Assembly: GCF_009914755.1 (NCBI RefSeq)
Contig: NC_060925.1
Source: the human T2T-CHM13v2.0 reference genome, Homo sapiens
DNA: 64,000 bases
Reading direction: 5' to 3' (one strand)
Shown: piece by piece, positions 1 through 20,675 of the stretch
Layout: each line of letters starts with the position of its first letter
Position numbering within the stretch: position 1 is the stretch's first letter
Program-made: the position numbers and the translations under genes
The notes under the pieces: generated by a model
Database searches by the model: none
The model's input: only the letters and a program-made list of their open reading frames with translations
What the model was told of the DNA's origin: nothing

Positions 1-30
1 AGGAAAATAGTAGGCAGTCAATACATTTTA

Positions 31-448
<418 letters not shown>

Positions 449-894
449 TCACTTCAGGCCAGGAGTTTGAGACCAGCTTGGGCAACATAGTGAGAACCTG
501 TCTCTACAAAAAATTAAAAAATTAGCTGCTCTTGGTGGCATGCACCTACAGTCCTAGCTACTAGGGCGGCTGAGGCAGGAGGATCACTTCAGTCCAAGAG
601 TTTGAGGTTATAGTAAGCTATGATCTGCTCTACTGCTCTCCAGCCTGGGAGACAGAATAATATCCTGTCTCTAAAGAAAAAGAAATATATTTTAAAAATG
701 ATTTAATTTTATGTTCTTGTAAGAAATGTTGGCCCCTCAGCCCTAGCTTTGTAAACAAGGAAAACTACCTTCACATTTTCTAAAAAATACAAGAGTCAAA
801 GATAAAAGGTGACACGTGATAAAATCTAAAATAAAACTCTTGCCCATAAGAAAATATTTAGGGCTGGGTGTGGCAGCTCATGCCTGTAATCCTA

Positions 895-1197
<303 letters not shown>

Positions 1198-1244
1198 TCA
1201 GATATACGATTAAGAAACTCACTCAAAATCGCACAACTACATGA

Positions 1245-2289
<1,045 letters not shown>

Positions 2290-2744
2290 TGAAACTTTTT
2301 TCCAGTCAATAGAAAAAGAGGGAATCCTCCCTAACTCATTTTATGGGGCCAGCATCATCCTGATACCAACGCCTGGCAGAGACACAACAAAAAAAGAGAA
2401 TTTTAGACCAATATCCCTGATGGACATTGATGAGAAAATCCTCAATAAAATACTGGCAAACCGAATCCAGCAGCACATCAAAAAGCTTATCCACCAAGAT
2501 CAAGTTGGCTTCATCCCTGGGATGCAAGGCTGGTTCAACATACGCAAATCAATAAACATAATCCATCACATAAACAGAACCAAAGACAAAAACCACATGA
2601 TTATCTCAATAGTTGCAGGAAAGGCCTTCGACAAAATTCAACAGTCCTTCATGCTAAAAACTCTTATTAAACTAGGTATTGATGGGACGTATCTCAAAAT
2701 AATAAGAGCTATTTATGACAAACCCACAGCCAATATCATACTGA

Positions 2745-3347
<603 letters not shown>

Positions 3348-3650
3348 TAGAACCAAAAAAGAGCCCACATTGCCAAGACAATCCTAAGCAAAAAGAAGAA
3401 AGCTGGAGGCATCACACTACCTGACTTCCAACTATATTACAAGGCTACAGTAACCAAAACAGCATGGTACTGGTACCAAAACAGAGATATAGACCAATGG
3501 AACAGACCAGAGACCTCAGAAATAATACCACACATCTACAACCATCTGATCTTTGACAAACCTGACAAAAACAAGAAATGGGGAAAAGATTCCCTATTTA
3601 ATAAATGGTGCTGGGAAAACTGGCTAGCCATATGTAGAAAGCTGAAACTG

Positions 3651-4247
<597 letters not shown>

Positions 4248-5523
4248 AGAAAGCTGAAACTGAATCCCTTCCTTACGCCTTATACAAAAATTAATTTAAG
4301 ATGGATTAAAGACTTAAATGTTAGACCTAAAACCATAAAAACCCTAGAAGAAAACCTAGGCAATACCATTCAGGACATAGGCATGGGCAAGGACTTCATG
4401 ACTAAAACACCAAAAGCAATGGCAACAAAAGCCAAAATAGACAAATGGGATCTAATTAAACTAAAGAGCTTTTGCACAGCCAGAGAAACTACCATCAGAG
4501 TGAACAGGCAACCTACAGAATGGGAGAGAATTTTTGCAATTTACCCATCTGACAAAAGGCTAATATCCAGAATCCACAAAGAACTTAAACAAATTTACAA
4601 GAAAAAAATCAAACAACCCCATCAAAAAGTGGGCAAAGGATATGGACAGACACTTTTCAAAAGAAGACATTTATGCAGCCAACAGATACATGAAAAAATG
4701 CTCATCATCACTGGTCATCAGAGAAATGCAAATCAAAGCCACAATGAGATACCATCTCATACCAGTTAGAATGGCAATCACTAAAAAGTCAGGAAACAAC
4801 AGATGCTGGAGAGGATGTGGAGAAATAGGAACGCTTTTACTAAACTGTTGGTGGGACTGTAAACTAGTTCAACCATTGTGGAAGACAGTGTGGCGATTCC
4901 TCAAGGATCTAGAACTGGAAATACCATTTGACCCAGCCATCCCATTACTGGGTATATACCCAAAGGATTATAAATCATGCTACTATAAAGACACATGCAC
5001 ACGTATGTTTATTGCAGCACTATTCACAATAGCAAAGACCTAGAACCAACCAAAATGTCCATCAATGATAGACTGGATTAAGAAAATGTGGCACATATAC
5101 ACCATGGAATACTATGGAGCCATAAAAAAGGATGAGTTCGTGTCCTTTGTAGGGACATGGATGAAGCTTGAAACCATCATTCTGAGCAAACTATCACAAG
5201 GACAGAAAACCAAACACCGCACGTTCTCTCTCAGAGGTGGGAATTGAACAATGAGAACACTTGGACACAGGGCGGGGAACATCACACACCAGGGCCTATC
5301 ATGGGGTGCGGGGATGGGGGAGAGATAGCATCAGGAGAAATACCTAATGTAAATGACAAATTAATGGGTGCAGCAAACCAACATGGCACATGTATACATA
5401 TGTAACAAACCTGCACGTTGTGCACATGTACCCTAGAACTTAAAGCAAAAAACAAAACAAAACAAAACAAACAAACAAAAAAACACTCAGGTATATGAAA
5501 AGACTTGTATATTTTCACAATAC

Positions 5524-5716
5524 CATGTAACCGGGTCTGCCCACTGCCATCATCTTTTGCTACCATTTCCACTGATTTATAATCTTCGAAATGGGCTAGT
5601 GTTTCATTGGAGGATTTCCATTCTAGCATTAGTGAACTGAAATTATCAAACTTTCTCCTATGTTGATCAAACACTGCTAGTTCCAGGACTGTGTCCCTCA
5701 GTCTTGATACAGGAAT
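5524..5716 (-). CDS. NUP210L: NUP210L exon I (193 nt, phase 0 to 1): IPVSRLRDTVLELAVFDQHRRKFDNFSSLMLEWKSSNETLAHFEDYKSVEMVAKDDGSGQTRLH(G)
   Basis: ttttaatgcag| acceptor, ATG|gtattg donor; FDNFSSL motif of the gp210 family; the gene continues beyond both window ends. Confidence 0.93.
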
Positions 5717-5814
5717 CTGCATTAAAATAAAAAGTAATAAAACAACAATTTAAAAATCAATAGCCTAAGGGGTAGTAAGATATCTCTAAAGCTAGGAATC
5801 GAGTTTTCTCTCAA

Positions 5815-6330
5815 TATTTTTACCTTAAAAATTTGCAAACTTATAGCTATTGAAAGAACAATATAATAAATACCTATATACATACACTTCACCTGGATTC
5901 ACCAGTTCTTAATATTTAGTTACATTGCCTTTTCTCTCTCTCCCTCTCCTTCCTCACCTTCCATATATGGCTGTTATTTTGTTTTGTTGATGTAGGCATC
6001 ATTGCACTTCACCCCTAACTATTTCAGCATGTATCCTAAGAATACGAGAACATTCTGCTATGTAAGAAACAGGATATCACACACAATAATATTAACACTA
6101 ATTCAATGTCAGCAAATGTATAGTCAATATTTCCATTCCCCAAAATGTCGCCCCAAAATATTTTTATACGTTTTTTAGTTTAGATCTAGAAGTTAATCAA
6201 GGTGTATGTATGCATTGTATTTGATTGTTTACCTTTTTGGTATATTTTAATCTAGAAAAGGCACATTTGCCCTTTTTTGTTATTGTTTTTCATGATATTG
6301 AATTTTTTGTAAAGTCCAGGCCAGTTTTTT
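5815..6330 (-). mobile_element. Old L1M (L1ME-like) 3' end fragment, probably resuming at about 9300-10500
   Basis: Degenerate similarity to L1ME 3' UTR; boundaries approximate. Confidence 0.5.
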
Positions 6331-6524
6331 GTTTTGTTTTGTTTTTTGTTTTTTGTTTTTTTTTTGAGACAGGGTATCTCTCAGTTGCATGGGCTGGAGT
6401 ATAGCAGTGTGACCATGGCTCATTACAGCCTCAACCTTCCAGGCTCAAGCCATCCTCCCAATTCAGTCGCCTGAGTAGCTAGGACTACAGGTGCGTGCCA
6501 CCACACCTGGATAACTTTTTTTTA

Positions 6525-8495
<1,971 letters not shown>

Positions 8496-8879
8496 TTTTT
8501 TTATTTTTTGTAGAGACGGGGTCTCACTGTGTTGCCAGGGCTGGTCTTGAACTCCTGGGCTCAAGCAATCCTCCCACCTCGGCCTCCCAAAGTATGAAAC
8601 CCACATCCCTACAAAAAATAAAAAAGATTAGTCACATATGATGGTGTGCACCTGTAGTCGCAGCTACTTGAGAAACTGAGGTGGAAGGATCGCTTGAGCC
8701 CAAGTTCAAGGTTACAGTGAGCTATGATTGCACCACTGCCCTCTACCCTAGGTGAGACCATCTCAAATAAATAAATAAATAAGGGCCATGCATCGTGGTT
8801 TATATCTGTAATCTCAGCACTTTGGGATGCCAAGGCGAGCAGATCACTTGAGGTCAGGAGTTCGAGACCAGCCTGGCTA

Positions 8880-9116
<237 letters not shown>

Positions 9117-9117
9117 T

Positions 9118-9265
9118 CAATGGTATACTGGAGCAGGCTCATAGGTAAGCTGATTGTTAGCATCTCTTGACAACTCTGAATAGTGATATCATATTGGTAA
9201 CCTGAAATCGGCCATGATGGGAGTATTAACACCATAGAATTTGGCACATGTTACAAATTGGGTCC
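9118..9265. mobile_element. MER63-like hAT DNA transposon fragment
   Basis: tgaaatcggccatgatgggagtattaacaccat resembles the MER63 consensus as I recall it. Confidence 0.6.
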
Positions 9266-9723
9266 CCCTAAGTTTTTTTTTTTTGTCGTTGTTTTTTGTT
9301 TTGGAGAGTCTGTTAAAAATTTACTTGCACATAATATCAGGTTGTACCACTATTAGTGATGCCAAATTTGATTATCTGCTGAAGGTGGTGACTGCCACTG
9401 GAGATCTCTCCAGTATAAAGGTATGGTTTCCCCTCTGTGGGTGATAATTTGAAATCTTGAGACTATCCCATTTCCCAACAGGCTTTCACTTACTAGTCTT
9501 AATATCCATTGATGATCTTTGCCAGGATCAATTATTACAAGGAGGATTACAAAATCATAAATTTCTAATTCTATGATTCATTTTATATAAGCTGGTATTT
9601 TCCTGGAAAAAAGCATCCTTTTTTCTCTTCCATCCCTCCTTCTCTTCCTTCCTCAATTTATTTTTCTTCTCTTTCTCCCTCCTTCTGTCTCTTTCTTCCT
9701 TCATTTTTCTCTTGTAACCTTGA

Positions 9724-9972
<249 letters not shown>

Positions 9973-11179
9973 TGACCTTGTGATCTACCTGCTTCGGCCT
10001 CCCAAAGTTCTGGGATTACAGGCGTAAGCCACCGCACCCCGCTGGGATCATGAATTTTAAGTTGATATTTCTGTCATTATTTTTTAAAAGATATATTTAA
10101 GGGGTACAAGTGCAGATTTCTTACATGCATGTATGACACAATGGTGAAGTCTGGGCTTTTACTGTAGTAAACATTGTACTCAATAGGTAATTTTTCAACC
10201 CTCTGCCATTATTTTTTGGATGCTCAGATTATCTACAATTTGGAGAGTAGGGGTCCCTTCAAGCCAGCTGCTTTTTGAGAAGTCACCATTACTCTTTGAG
10301 CACTTCTTTGCTTTCTAACGCAAGTTGTTTGAGACTCATTGTTCACTTTCCCTACTGAGCTGGAATCAACTAGTTCTCCAAGAGGCTCTGATTCCTTTAA
10401 ATGGGGACTAGTATTTAGAAACCCAGATGTTTGTACATCACTATTGGGTTATAGGCCCTTTCAGTGAACAGAGCTTGTAAATAAAATTTGTTTTAAAAAA
10501 GTATGAGTTGTACAGCAATTTTAAAACATGTCTCTAAGCTCTCATATATATGTGAGACATACCCACGTATACATATATATACACACACATATACACATTC
10601 TTTGACAAGATGACTCAATGACTCAACATCATAAATATTCCACTTACTCCAAGTTAATAAATAAATTTAACATAATCTCAATTAAAATACCAGGAACACA
10701 AATAAATATTTGCCAATAATTAGCTGACCATGAAGCTAACTAAGCAGAGACTTTTAGTGGCCACATAGGTCAAAGAGTACAGATGTTACAGAACTAGTTC
10801 AGAAAAGACACTAAATAAATGTTCTCAGCAAAAACAAAAAACAAAAGCAGCCACAAAACCAGGGGAGGAGAAGAATCTGATTTCAGAGTTGCTACATTAT
10901 ATTATATAAAATGTTGAGTTTTTAACAAAAGATTATTAGAAATGTAAAGAAATAAGTATGGTCCATACATGAGAATAAAAGCAGTTTCCATAGAAACTGC
11001 CTTGAGAATGCCCAGACATTGAGCTTACAAGGCAAATACTTCTTTTTTTTTTTTCCTTTTTTGAGATGGAGTCTTACTTCATTGCCCAGGCTGGAATGCA
11101 GTGATGCAATCATAGCTCACTGCATCCTCTGCCTCCTGGACTCAAGCAATCCTCCCACCTCAGCCTCCCAAGTAGCTGA

Positions 11180-11593
<414 letters not shown>

Positions 11594-12842
11594 TGATCCA
11601 CCCACCTCAGCCTCCCAAAGTGCTGGGATTACAAACATGAGCCACTGTGCCCGGCCAGACTTCTAATTAACTTTAATGTCCAAAGAACTAAAGGTATTCA
11701 TGTTTGACTAACTAAAGGAAAATACAAAAGTGCTATCACATTACACAGAGAATACCAATAAAGAGATAGAAGTTATAACAAAAAAGAACCAAAAAGAAAT
11801 TCTGAAGTTGAAAAGTACAATAATTGAAATGAAAAATTAACTAGAGGAATTCAACAGCAGATTTGAACAGGCTGAAGAAAGAATTGGAGAACTTGAAGCT
11901 AGGTCAACTGAGATTATCCAGTCTGATGAATAAAAAGAAAAAAGAATGAAAAAAAAGAACAAACATCAGAGACCTGTGGGACACCATCATACGTACCAGT
12001 ATATGCAAAAACGGAGTGCTAGAAGGAGAGGAGATAGAAGAATAGAGGAAGAAAGAATATTTGAAGAAATAATGGCCAAAACTTACCAAATTGATGAAAA
12101 CCATTAAACATTCAAGAAGCTCAAACAACATCAATCCATCAACATCAAGCAGAATAAATTCAAAAAGATCTACATCTAGACACATCATAATCAATCTGTC
12201 CAGAGTCAAAGACAGAATCATAAAAACAGAAAGGGAAGGGATTCACCCCTCATAAGGGATCTTCCATGGGATTAATAGCTGATCTTTCATCAGAAACCAT
12301 GAGGACCAGAAGGCAGTGAGATGACACATTCAAAGTAAAAGAAAAAGGGCCAGGTGCAGTGGCTCGCGCTTGTAATCTTAGCACTTTGGGGGGCCGAGGC
12401 AGGTGGATTGCCTGAGCTCAGGAGTTTGAGACCAGCCTGGGCAGCATGGTGAAACCCCGTCTCTACTAAAAATCCAAAAAATTAGCCAGGCGTGGTGGTG
12501 TGGGCCTGTAGTCTCAGCTACTCAGGAGGCTGAGGCACAAGAATTGCTTGAATCCAGGAGGCAGAGGTTGCAATAAGCCGAGATCATTCCAGCCTGGGTG
12601 ACACAGCGATACTCTGTCTCAAAAAAATAAATAAAAATAAAATAAAATAAAATAAAATAAAAAGACTGCCAGCCAACAATTCTATATTGGGCAGAATAAT
12701 CCTTCAAAAATGGAGAAATTAAGACATTCTAAGATCCAACAAAAATGGAGAGAATTTATTGCTAGCAGACCTGTCTTACAAGAAATACTAAAGGGAGTCC
12801 TTCAGGATGCAATGAAAGGTCACTAGACAATAGCTTGAATCA

Positions 12843-13274
<432 letters not shown>

Positions 13275-13464
13275 TTATAGGCTGTGTGGTGGCTCAAGCC
13301 TGTAATCTCAGCACTTTGGGAGGTCGAGGTGGGCGGATCGCTTGAGCCCAGGAGTTCAAGACCAGCCTGGGCAACACAGCGAGACCTCATCTTTACAAAA
13401 AAAAAAAAATTACAAAAATTAGCTAGGCACAGTGGCGTGCGTGTACCTGTAGTCCCAGCTACTA

Positions 13465-13740
<276 letters not shown>

Positions 13741-13743
13741 TCA

Positions 13744-13917
<174 letters not shown>

Positions 13918-14090
13918 TTATATGACAAAAACAGCACAAACAAGGGACAGGAAATGGGTTTATATCGGAGCAAAGGTTTTATACACTACTGAAATTAAGT
14001 TGGTATGATGCCAAACTAGGTTACTAAAGATTAAGATGTTAATTGTAATCCTTAGGGCAATAATTAATAAAATCACTCAAAACAACACAG

Positions 14091-15251
14091 CTCCCTAAGC
14101 CAACACTAAACAAGAAGGCCATGCAGTTCATCATGAAGCCCAGTGATGAAAAGCTGAATAAGTTTGAGGCCAGCATTGCTCAGGCTTTTCTTATTTATTT
14201 ATTTTGTAAGGAAAGAACTTTGGAGTACTTCCTTTCTTTCCTTTAAACAAAAATTTTGGCTGAGCATGGTGGCTCACGTCTGTAATCCCAGAACTTTGGG
14301 AGGCCAAGGTGGAAGGATTGCTTGAGGCCAGGAGCACAAAACCAGCCTGGGCAAAAAATAAAAATTAGTCAGGCATGGTGCCTCATGCCTATAGTCCTAG
14401 CTACTCAGGAGGCTGAGGTGGGAGGATCACTTGAGCCGAAGAGTTCAAGGCTGCAGTGAGCTATGACTGCAGCACTGCACTACAGTCTGGGAGATAGAGT
14501 GAAAACCTATCTCAAAAAAAAAGTAAATAAAATAATAAAAATTTTACATTAAAATTTTTTTTTGAGAGGGGTCTTGCTATATTGCCCAGGCTAGGAGCAA
14601 ACTCCTGGGCTTAAGCAAGCTCCCACCTCACCTTCCAACTAGCTGGGACTACAGGTGTCCGACACCATACCTGGCTTCTCAGGCTCTTCTTTAACCTGGA
14701 AATAAACTGGGACCTTAAGGCTCAGCTAAGGGAGTTGAATAGAACAGCAGCCAAAGAAATTGAAGTTGGTGGTAGTCACGAACTATCATAATGTTTGTCC
14801 CCATATCTCAACTGAAATCTTTACAGAAAATCTAAGTTCTACCTAGCATGTGAATGGGAGAAAAAGTTCAATGAGAAGCACATTATCTTTATTTGTTAGA
14901 TGAGAATTCTGCCTAAGCCAATTCAAAAAAGCCATACAAAAAAAAAAAGCAAAAATGTTCCAGGAGGTGCATTCTAATAGCTGTACACAATGAACCATTG
15001 ATCTTGGTCAAGGTCAAGATCTCTTGGTCAAGGTCAAGATCACTTGGTCTTCCCATGTGAAACTATGGGCAACAGAATATGAGCAGTGGGCTCATAAAGG
15101 TTCATCTGGACAAAGCATAGCAGGACAATGTGGAGCACAAGGCTGAAACATTTTTGGTATTTATAAAGAAAGCTCACAGGCAAGGATGCTAATTTTAAAT
15201 TCCTAGAGTTTCAGTTGTAAACAAAAGTGGCTAAGTAAAATATCATTCACA
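14091..15251 (+). pseudogene. RPS7P2: Processed pseudogene of 40S ribosomal protein S7 (probably RPS7P2), interrupted at 14193-14677 by FLAM/Alu insertions
   Basis: Intronless decayed matches to RPS7: [21 protein letters not shown], RILPKP, IKVHLDKAxQDNVEHKAETF, FxFxEFQL* (TAA ends 15220); stops and frameshifts; the P2 number is from recall only. Confidence 0.88.
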
Positions 15252-15304
15252 TATACACAAAAATATAGTAAAAGAAAAAATAAAGCAGTTAAAATAGTAC
15301 ACTA

Positions 15305-15706
<402 letters not shown>

Positions 15707-16633
15707 TCACTTGAGGTCAGGAATTCAGGAATTTGAGACCAGCCTGACCAATATGATGAAACCCTGTCTCTACCAAACATACCAAAAAATTTCCCAAGCA
15801 CGGTGGCGTGCACCTGTAGTCCCAACTACTTGGGAGGAGATTCTGAGGAGAATCACTTGAACCCAGGAGGCAGAGGTTGCAGGGAGCAGAGATGGCACCA
15901 CTGCACTCCAGCCTAAGCGACAGAGCGAGACCATCTCAAATAAATAAATAAATAAATAACAACAACAAAAACACCCAGCACTTTGGGAGGCCAAGGCAGG
16001 TAAATCAGTCAAAGTCAGGAGTTTGAGACCAGCCTGACCAATATGATGAAACCTCGTCTCTACTAAAAATACAAAAATTAGCTGGGCATGGTGGCATGTG
16101 CTCTTGGATTCCCAGCTACTCAGGAGGGTGAGACAGGAGAATTGCTTGAACCTGGGAGGTATAAGTTGCAGTGAGTCGAGATAGTGCCACCATACTCCAA
16201 CCTGGGCAACAGAGCAAGACTGTGCTTCCGAAAAAAAAAAAAAGAAAAGAAAAAAAAAGAAAAGAAAAAGAAGGAAGAAATGGAAGAAGAGGAACAGAAA
16301 AGACATATGACATATAGAAAACAAATAGCAAAATGGCAGACATAATGCCTACCTTATCAGTAATTACATTAAGTATAAATAAATTTTATGTTCCATGAAA
16401 AGTCTGATTAGCATAATGAAATTTTTAAATGGCCCAGCTATATGTTGTCTGCAAGAGACACTCATGGGTCACAAGTATAAGGATGGAAAAAAAAAAAAGA
16501 TGTATCATGCAAACAGTAGCCAAAAGAGAGCTGAGGTAGTTACACTAACATCAGACAAAACAGACTTTAATACAAAAATTGTTACTAAAGAAAAGGTCAT
16601 TTTATAATGATAAAATAATAATCTATAATAAAG

Positions 16634-17600
16634 AGGTTGTCCTCAGTTCCTGGGAGGTAACCCCTAAACCTTTGGAATTTCTTGAGTAATAGGATTGTGT
16701 CTGTTATTTATGGTGGCCCCCTTGGATAACATTTGAGTTTATGCTAATGAGATGACTCAGGATGGAGTTGGATAAGGACAGAAAGACCAATCATGTGATT
16801 AGAAGGATGAGGTTTTGGGTCAGGTGATAGCAGCCCCACCTCCAGGGAAAAGAGGAGGGCTGGTGATGGAGTTTAATCACGTGGCCAATTATTCAATTAA
16901 TCATGTTTACATAATTAATCATGTTTACATAATAATATCCCAATAAAACGCTGGAGCTGGGCATGGTGGTTCACACCTACAATCCCAGCACATTGGGAGG
17001 CCGAGACAGGAAGACTGCCTGAGCCCAGGAGTTCAAGACCAGCCTGGGCAACCCAGTGAGACCCTGACTCTACAGAAAAATTTTAAAATTAGCTGAGTGT
17101 AATGGCACAGACCTGTGGTCCCAGCTCCTCTAGAGGCTGAGGTGGGAGGATCACTTAAGCCCAGGAAGTGAGGCTGCAGCAAGCCATAATCACGCCATTG
17201 CACTCAGCCTGGGCAACAGAGTGAGACCCTGTGTCAAAAAACAAAAAACATTGGACACCAAAACTCAGTGGAATTTCCTGTTTGGTAAACACATTGATGT
17301 GTTCCACCTGTTATGTTTTCACCAGATCCTAATCCCATGGAGAGGGCATGGACGCTGCGTGTCTGGGACTCTCTGAAGATTTTTCTCAAAAGGACACAAA
17401 ATGATTTGTATCCTTTATAACGAAACTGTGAGTCATTCTAACAAATTACCAAACTTGTTGGTCATAAGAGTGGGTAGCCTGTGAGTCCCCCCATTTGCAA
17501 CTATCATCTGAAGTGAGGGCAGTCTTGTTGGGAACTGTGCCTTTAAAACCGTGGAGTCAGCTAACTGCATATTGGTGTCAGAATTGCATTGTGGTATTGC
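16634..17600 (+). mobile_element. MER21-family LTR remnant (MER21C-like) with an Alu at about 16956-17250
   Basis: Similarity to recalled MER21 consensus and to the neighbouring MER21 copy (gagggcatgga motif). Confidence 0.55.
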
Positions 17601-17911
17601 CAAAGGTCAATCTATTAAAAAGATGTAACAATTGTAAATGCGTATGTACCTAATAACAGAGCCTCAAAATACATGAAGCAAAACCTGACAGAATTGAGGA
17701 AGAAATAGACAATTCAATAATAGTTAGAGCTTGTAGATAGTTGAACAGGTGGAGATTCCCAGAGGATGGCATGCTCAGTGAGGGCATGGAAGCTCCACGC
17801 CCCATCCCTATATCTCACCCTATGTATCTCTTCATCTGTATCCTTTACAATATCCTTTATAATAAACTGGTAAACATAAGTAAATATTTCCCTGAGTTCC
17901 ATGAGTCACTC

Positions 17912-18671
17912 TGCTTCCGTAATTGGTTCCTTCTGGTAGGTTCTTGACCAATTACGGAACTGGTCAGAAACGGAGTTTGTTCCTTCAGATGCGTCCAGAG
18001 TTTCTTCCTTCTGGTGGGTTCCTGGTCTCGCTGACTTCAGGAGTGAAGCTGTAGACCTTCGCCTTGAGTGTTACAGCTCTTAAAGGTGGCACGTCTGGAC
18101 TTGGTCATTCCTCCCAGTGGGTTCATCATCTCGCTGGCTTCAGGAGTAAAGCTGCAGACCTTCACAGTTAGTGTTACAGCTCTTAAAGGTGGCACATCAG
18201 AAGTTCTTCATTCCTCCTGGTGGGTTTGTGGTCTCGCTGACTCCAGGAGTGAAGCTGCAGACCTTCGTGGTGAGTGTTACAGCTCATGAAGGTAGTGTGG
18301 ACCCAAAGAGTAAGAAGCAGCAAGATTTACTGTGAAGACCAAATGAACAAATATTCCGCAGCACAGAAAAGCAACCGAGCAGGTTGCCACTGTCGGCTCG
18401 GTGGCCAGCTTTTATTCCCTTATTTGGCCCCGCCCACATCCTGCTGATTGGTCCATTTTACAGAGTGCTGATTGGTCCATTTTACAGAGCACTGATTGGT
18501 CCATTTTTACAGTGTGCTGACTGGTGCATTTACAAACCTTTAGCTAGACACAAAGCGCTGATTGGTGTGTTTTTACAGAGTGCTGATTGATGTGTTTACA
18601 ATCCTTTGGCTAGACAGTAAAGTTCTCCAAGTCCCCACCAGACCCAGAAGCCCAGCTGGCTTCACCTCTCA
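17912..18671 (-). mobile_element. LTR12-family (ERV9) solo LTR, same orientation as NUP210L
   Basis: Starts TGAGAGGTGAAGCCAGCTGG on minus; tandem ctgattgg repeats; gtgagtgttacagctc U5 repeats. Confidence 0.92.
18411..18600 (-). promoter_or_regulatory. LTR12 U3 promoter core: four perfect CCAAT boxes plus AATAAA-type TATA element
   Basis: ATTGG on plus at 18447, 18471, 18495, 18561; GGGAATAAAAGC on minus around 18411-18416; activity unknown. Confidence 0.6.
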
Positions 18672-19219
18672 ACTTCAGCAAATTAATTGAACCCAAAGAG
18701 GTCAGGGGAACCCCAACTAGAGGCCAGTTGGTCAGAAGTTCTGGAGGCCTGGATTTGCAACTTGTGTCTTAGGTGTGGGCAGTCTTGGTGACTGAGCCCT
18801 CAACCTGTGAGATCTGACAGTAACTCCAGGTAGATAGTGTCAGAATTGAATTGGAGAACACCCAGCTGGTGTCTGCTGCTTGATGTGTGGGGAAAAAACC
18901 CATACGTTTGGTTACAGAAGTCTTCTTTTTTCTTCTTCCCTCTCTCATATTTTTCATGAAACAGAAATCTTCTGTGTTAATGATTGTTGTGGTGGTGTGA
19001 GGGCAGAGGAAAAACACAGTTTGAGAGTTTTTCCTGAACAATTGGTGTGATTGAGGTGGGATTTGATAGAATGGCACTGTGGCACAGAAACGGTGGTTTG
19101 GGATGAGAAAGGATGAAAGGGTGGGGGATGAGGAACCTTTAATTCCTGGGTGGCTACCTTGTCATGAATGGTATGAAACTGCAGCTGTGCTGTGTTCAGT
19201 TACTAAGGGTAAAAGTTAA

Positions 19220-19767
<548 letters not shown>

Positions 19768-19770
19768 TAA

Positions 19771-20043
<273 letters not shown>

Positions 20044-20414
20044 TAAAAAAAAAAAAAGGCTGGGGTTGGGGGGAGGATTTAAATTTAAAAATATGTTCTC
20101 TAATCACAGTGGAGTGAAATTAGAAATCAGTAACAGGAAATCTGGAATATTCACAAATGTGTGGAAATTAAAAATACTCCTAAATAACCAATGAGTTACC
20201 AGCCACAGTGGCCAGGCTGGTCTTGAACTCCTGACCTTAGATGATCCACCCAATTCGGCCTCCCAAAGTGCTGGGATTACAGGCGTGAGCCACAGCACCT
20301 GGCCTAAAAATAAAACTAAAGGCCAGGTGCAGTGGCTCACTCCTGTAATCCCAGCACTTTGGGAGGCTGAGGTGGGTGAATCATGAGATCAGGAGCTTGA
20401 GACCATCCTGGCTA

Positions 20415-20675
<261 letters not shown>

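Noticed and set aside
5282-5523. Extension of the exon I ORF (IVKIYKSF...)
   Set aside because: Read-through past the donor into antisense L1 tail; the gp210-like sequence stops at the GT
18443-18600. Regularly spaced short repeats resembling a CRISPR-like array
   Set aside because: They are the normal LTR12 U3 CCAAT repeats, with no unique spacers, in a eukaryotic context
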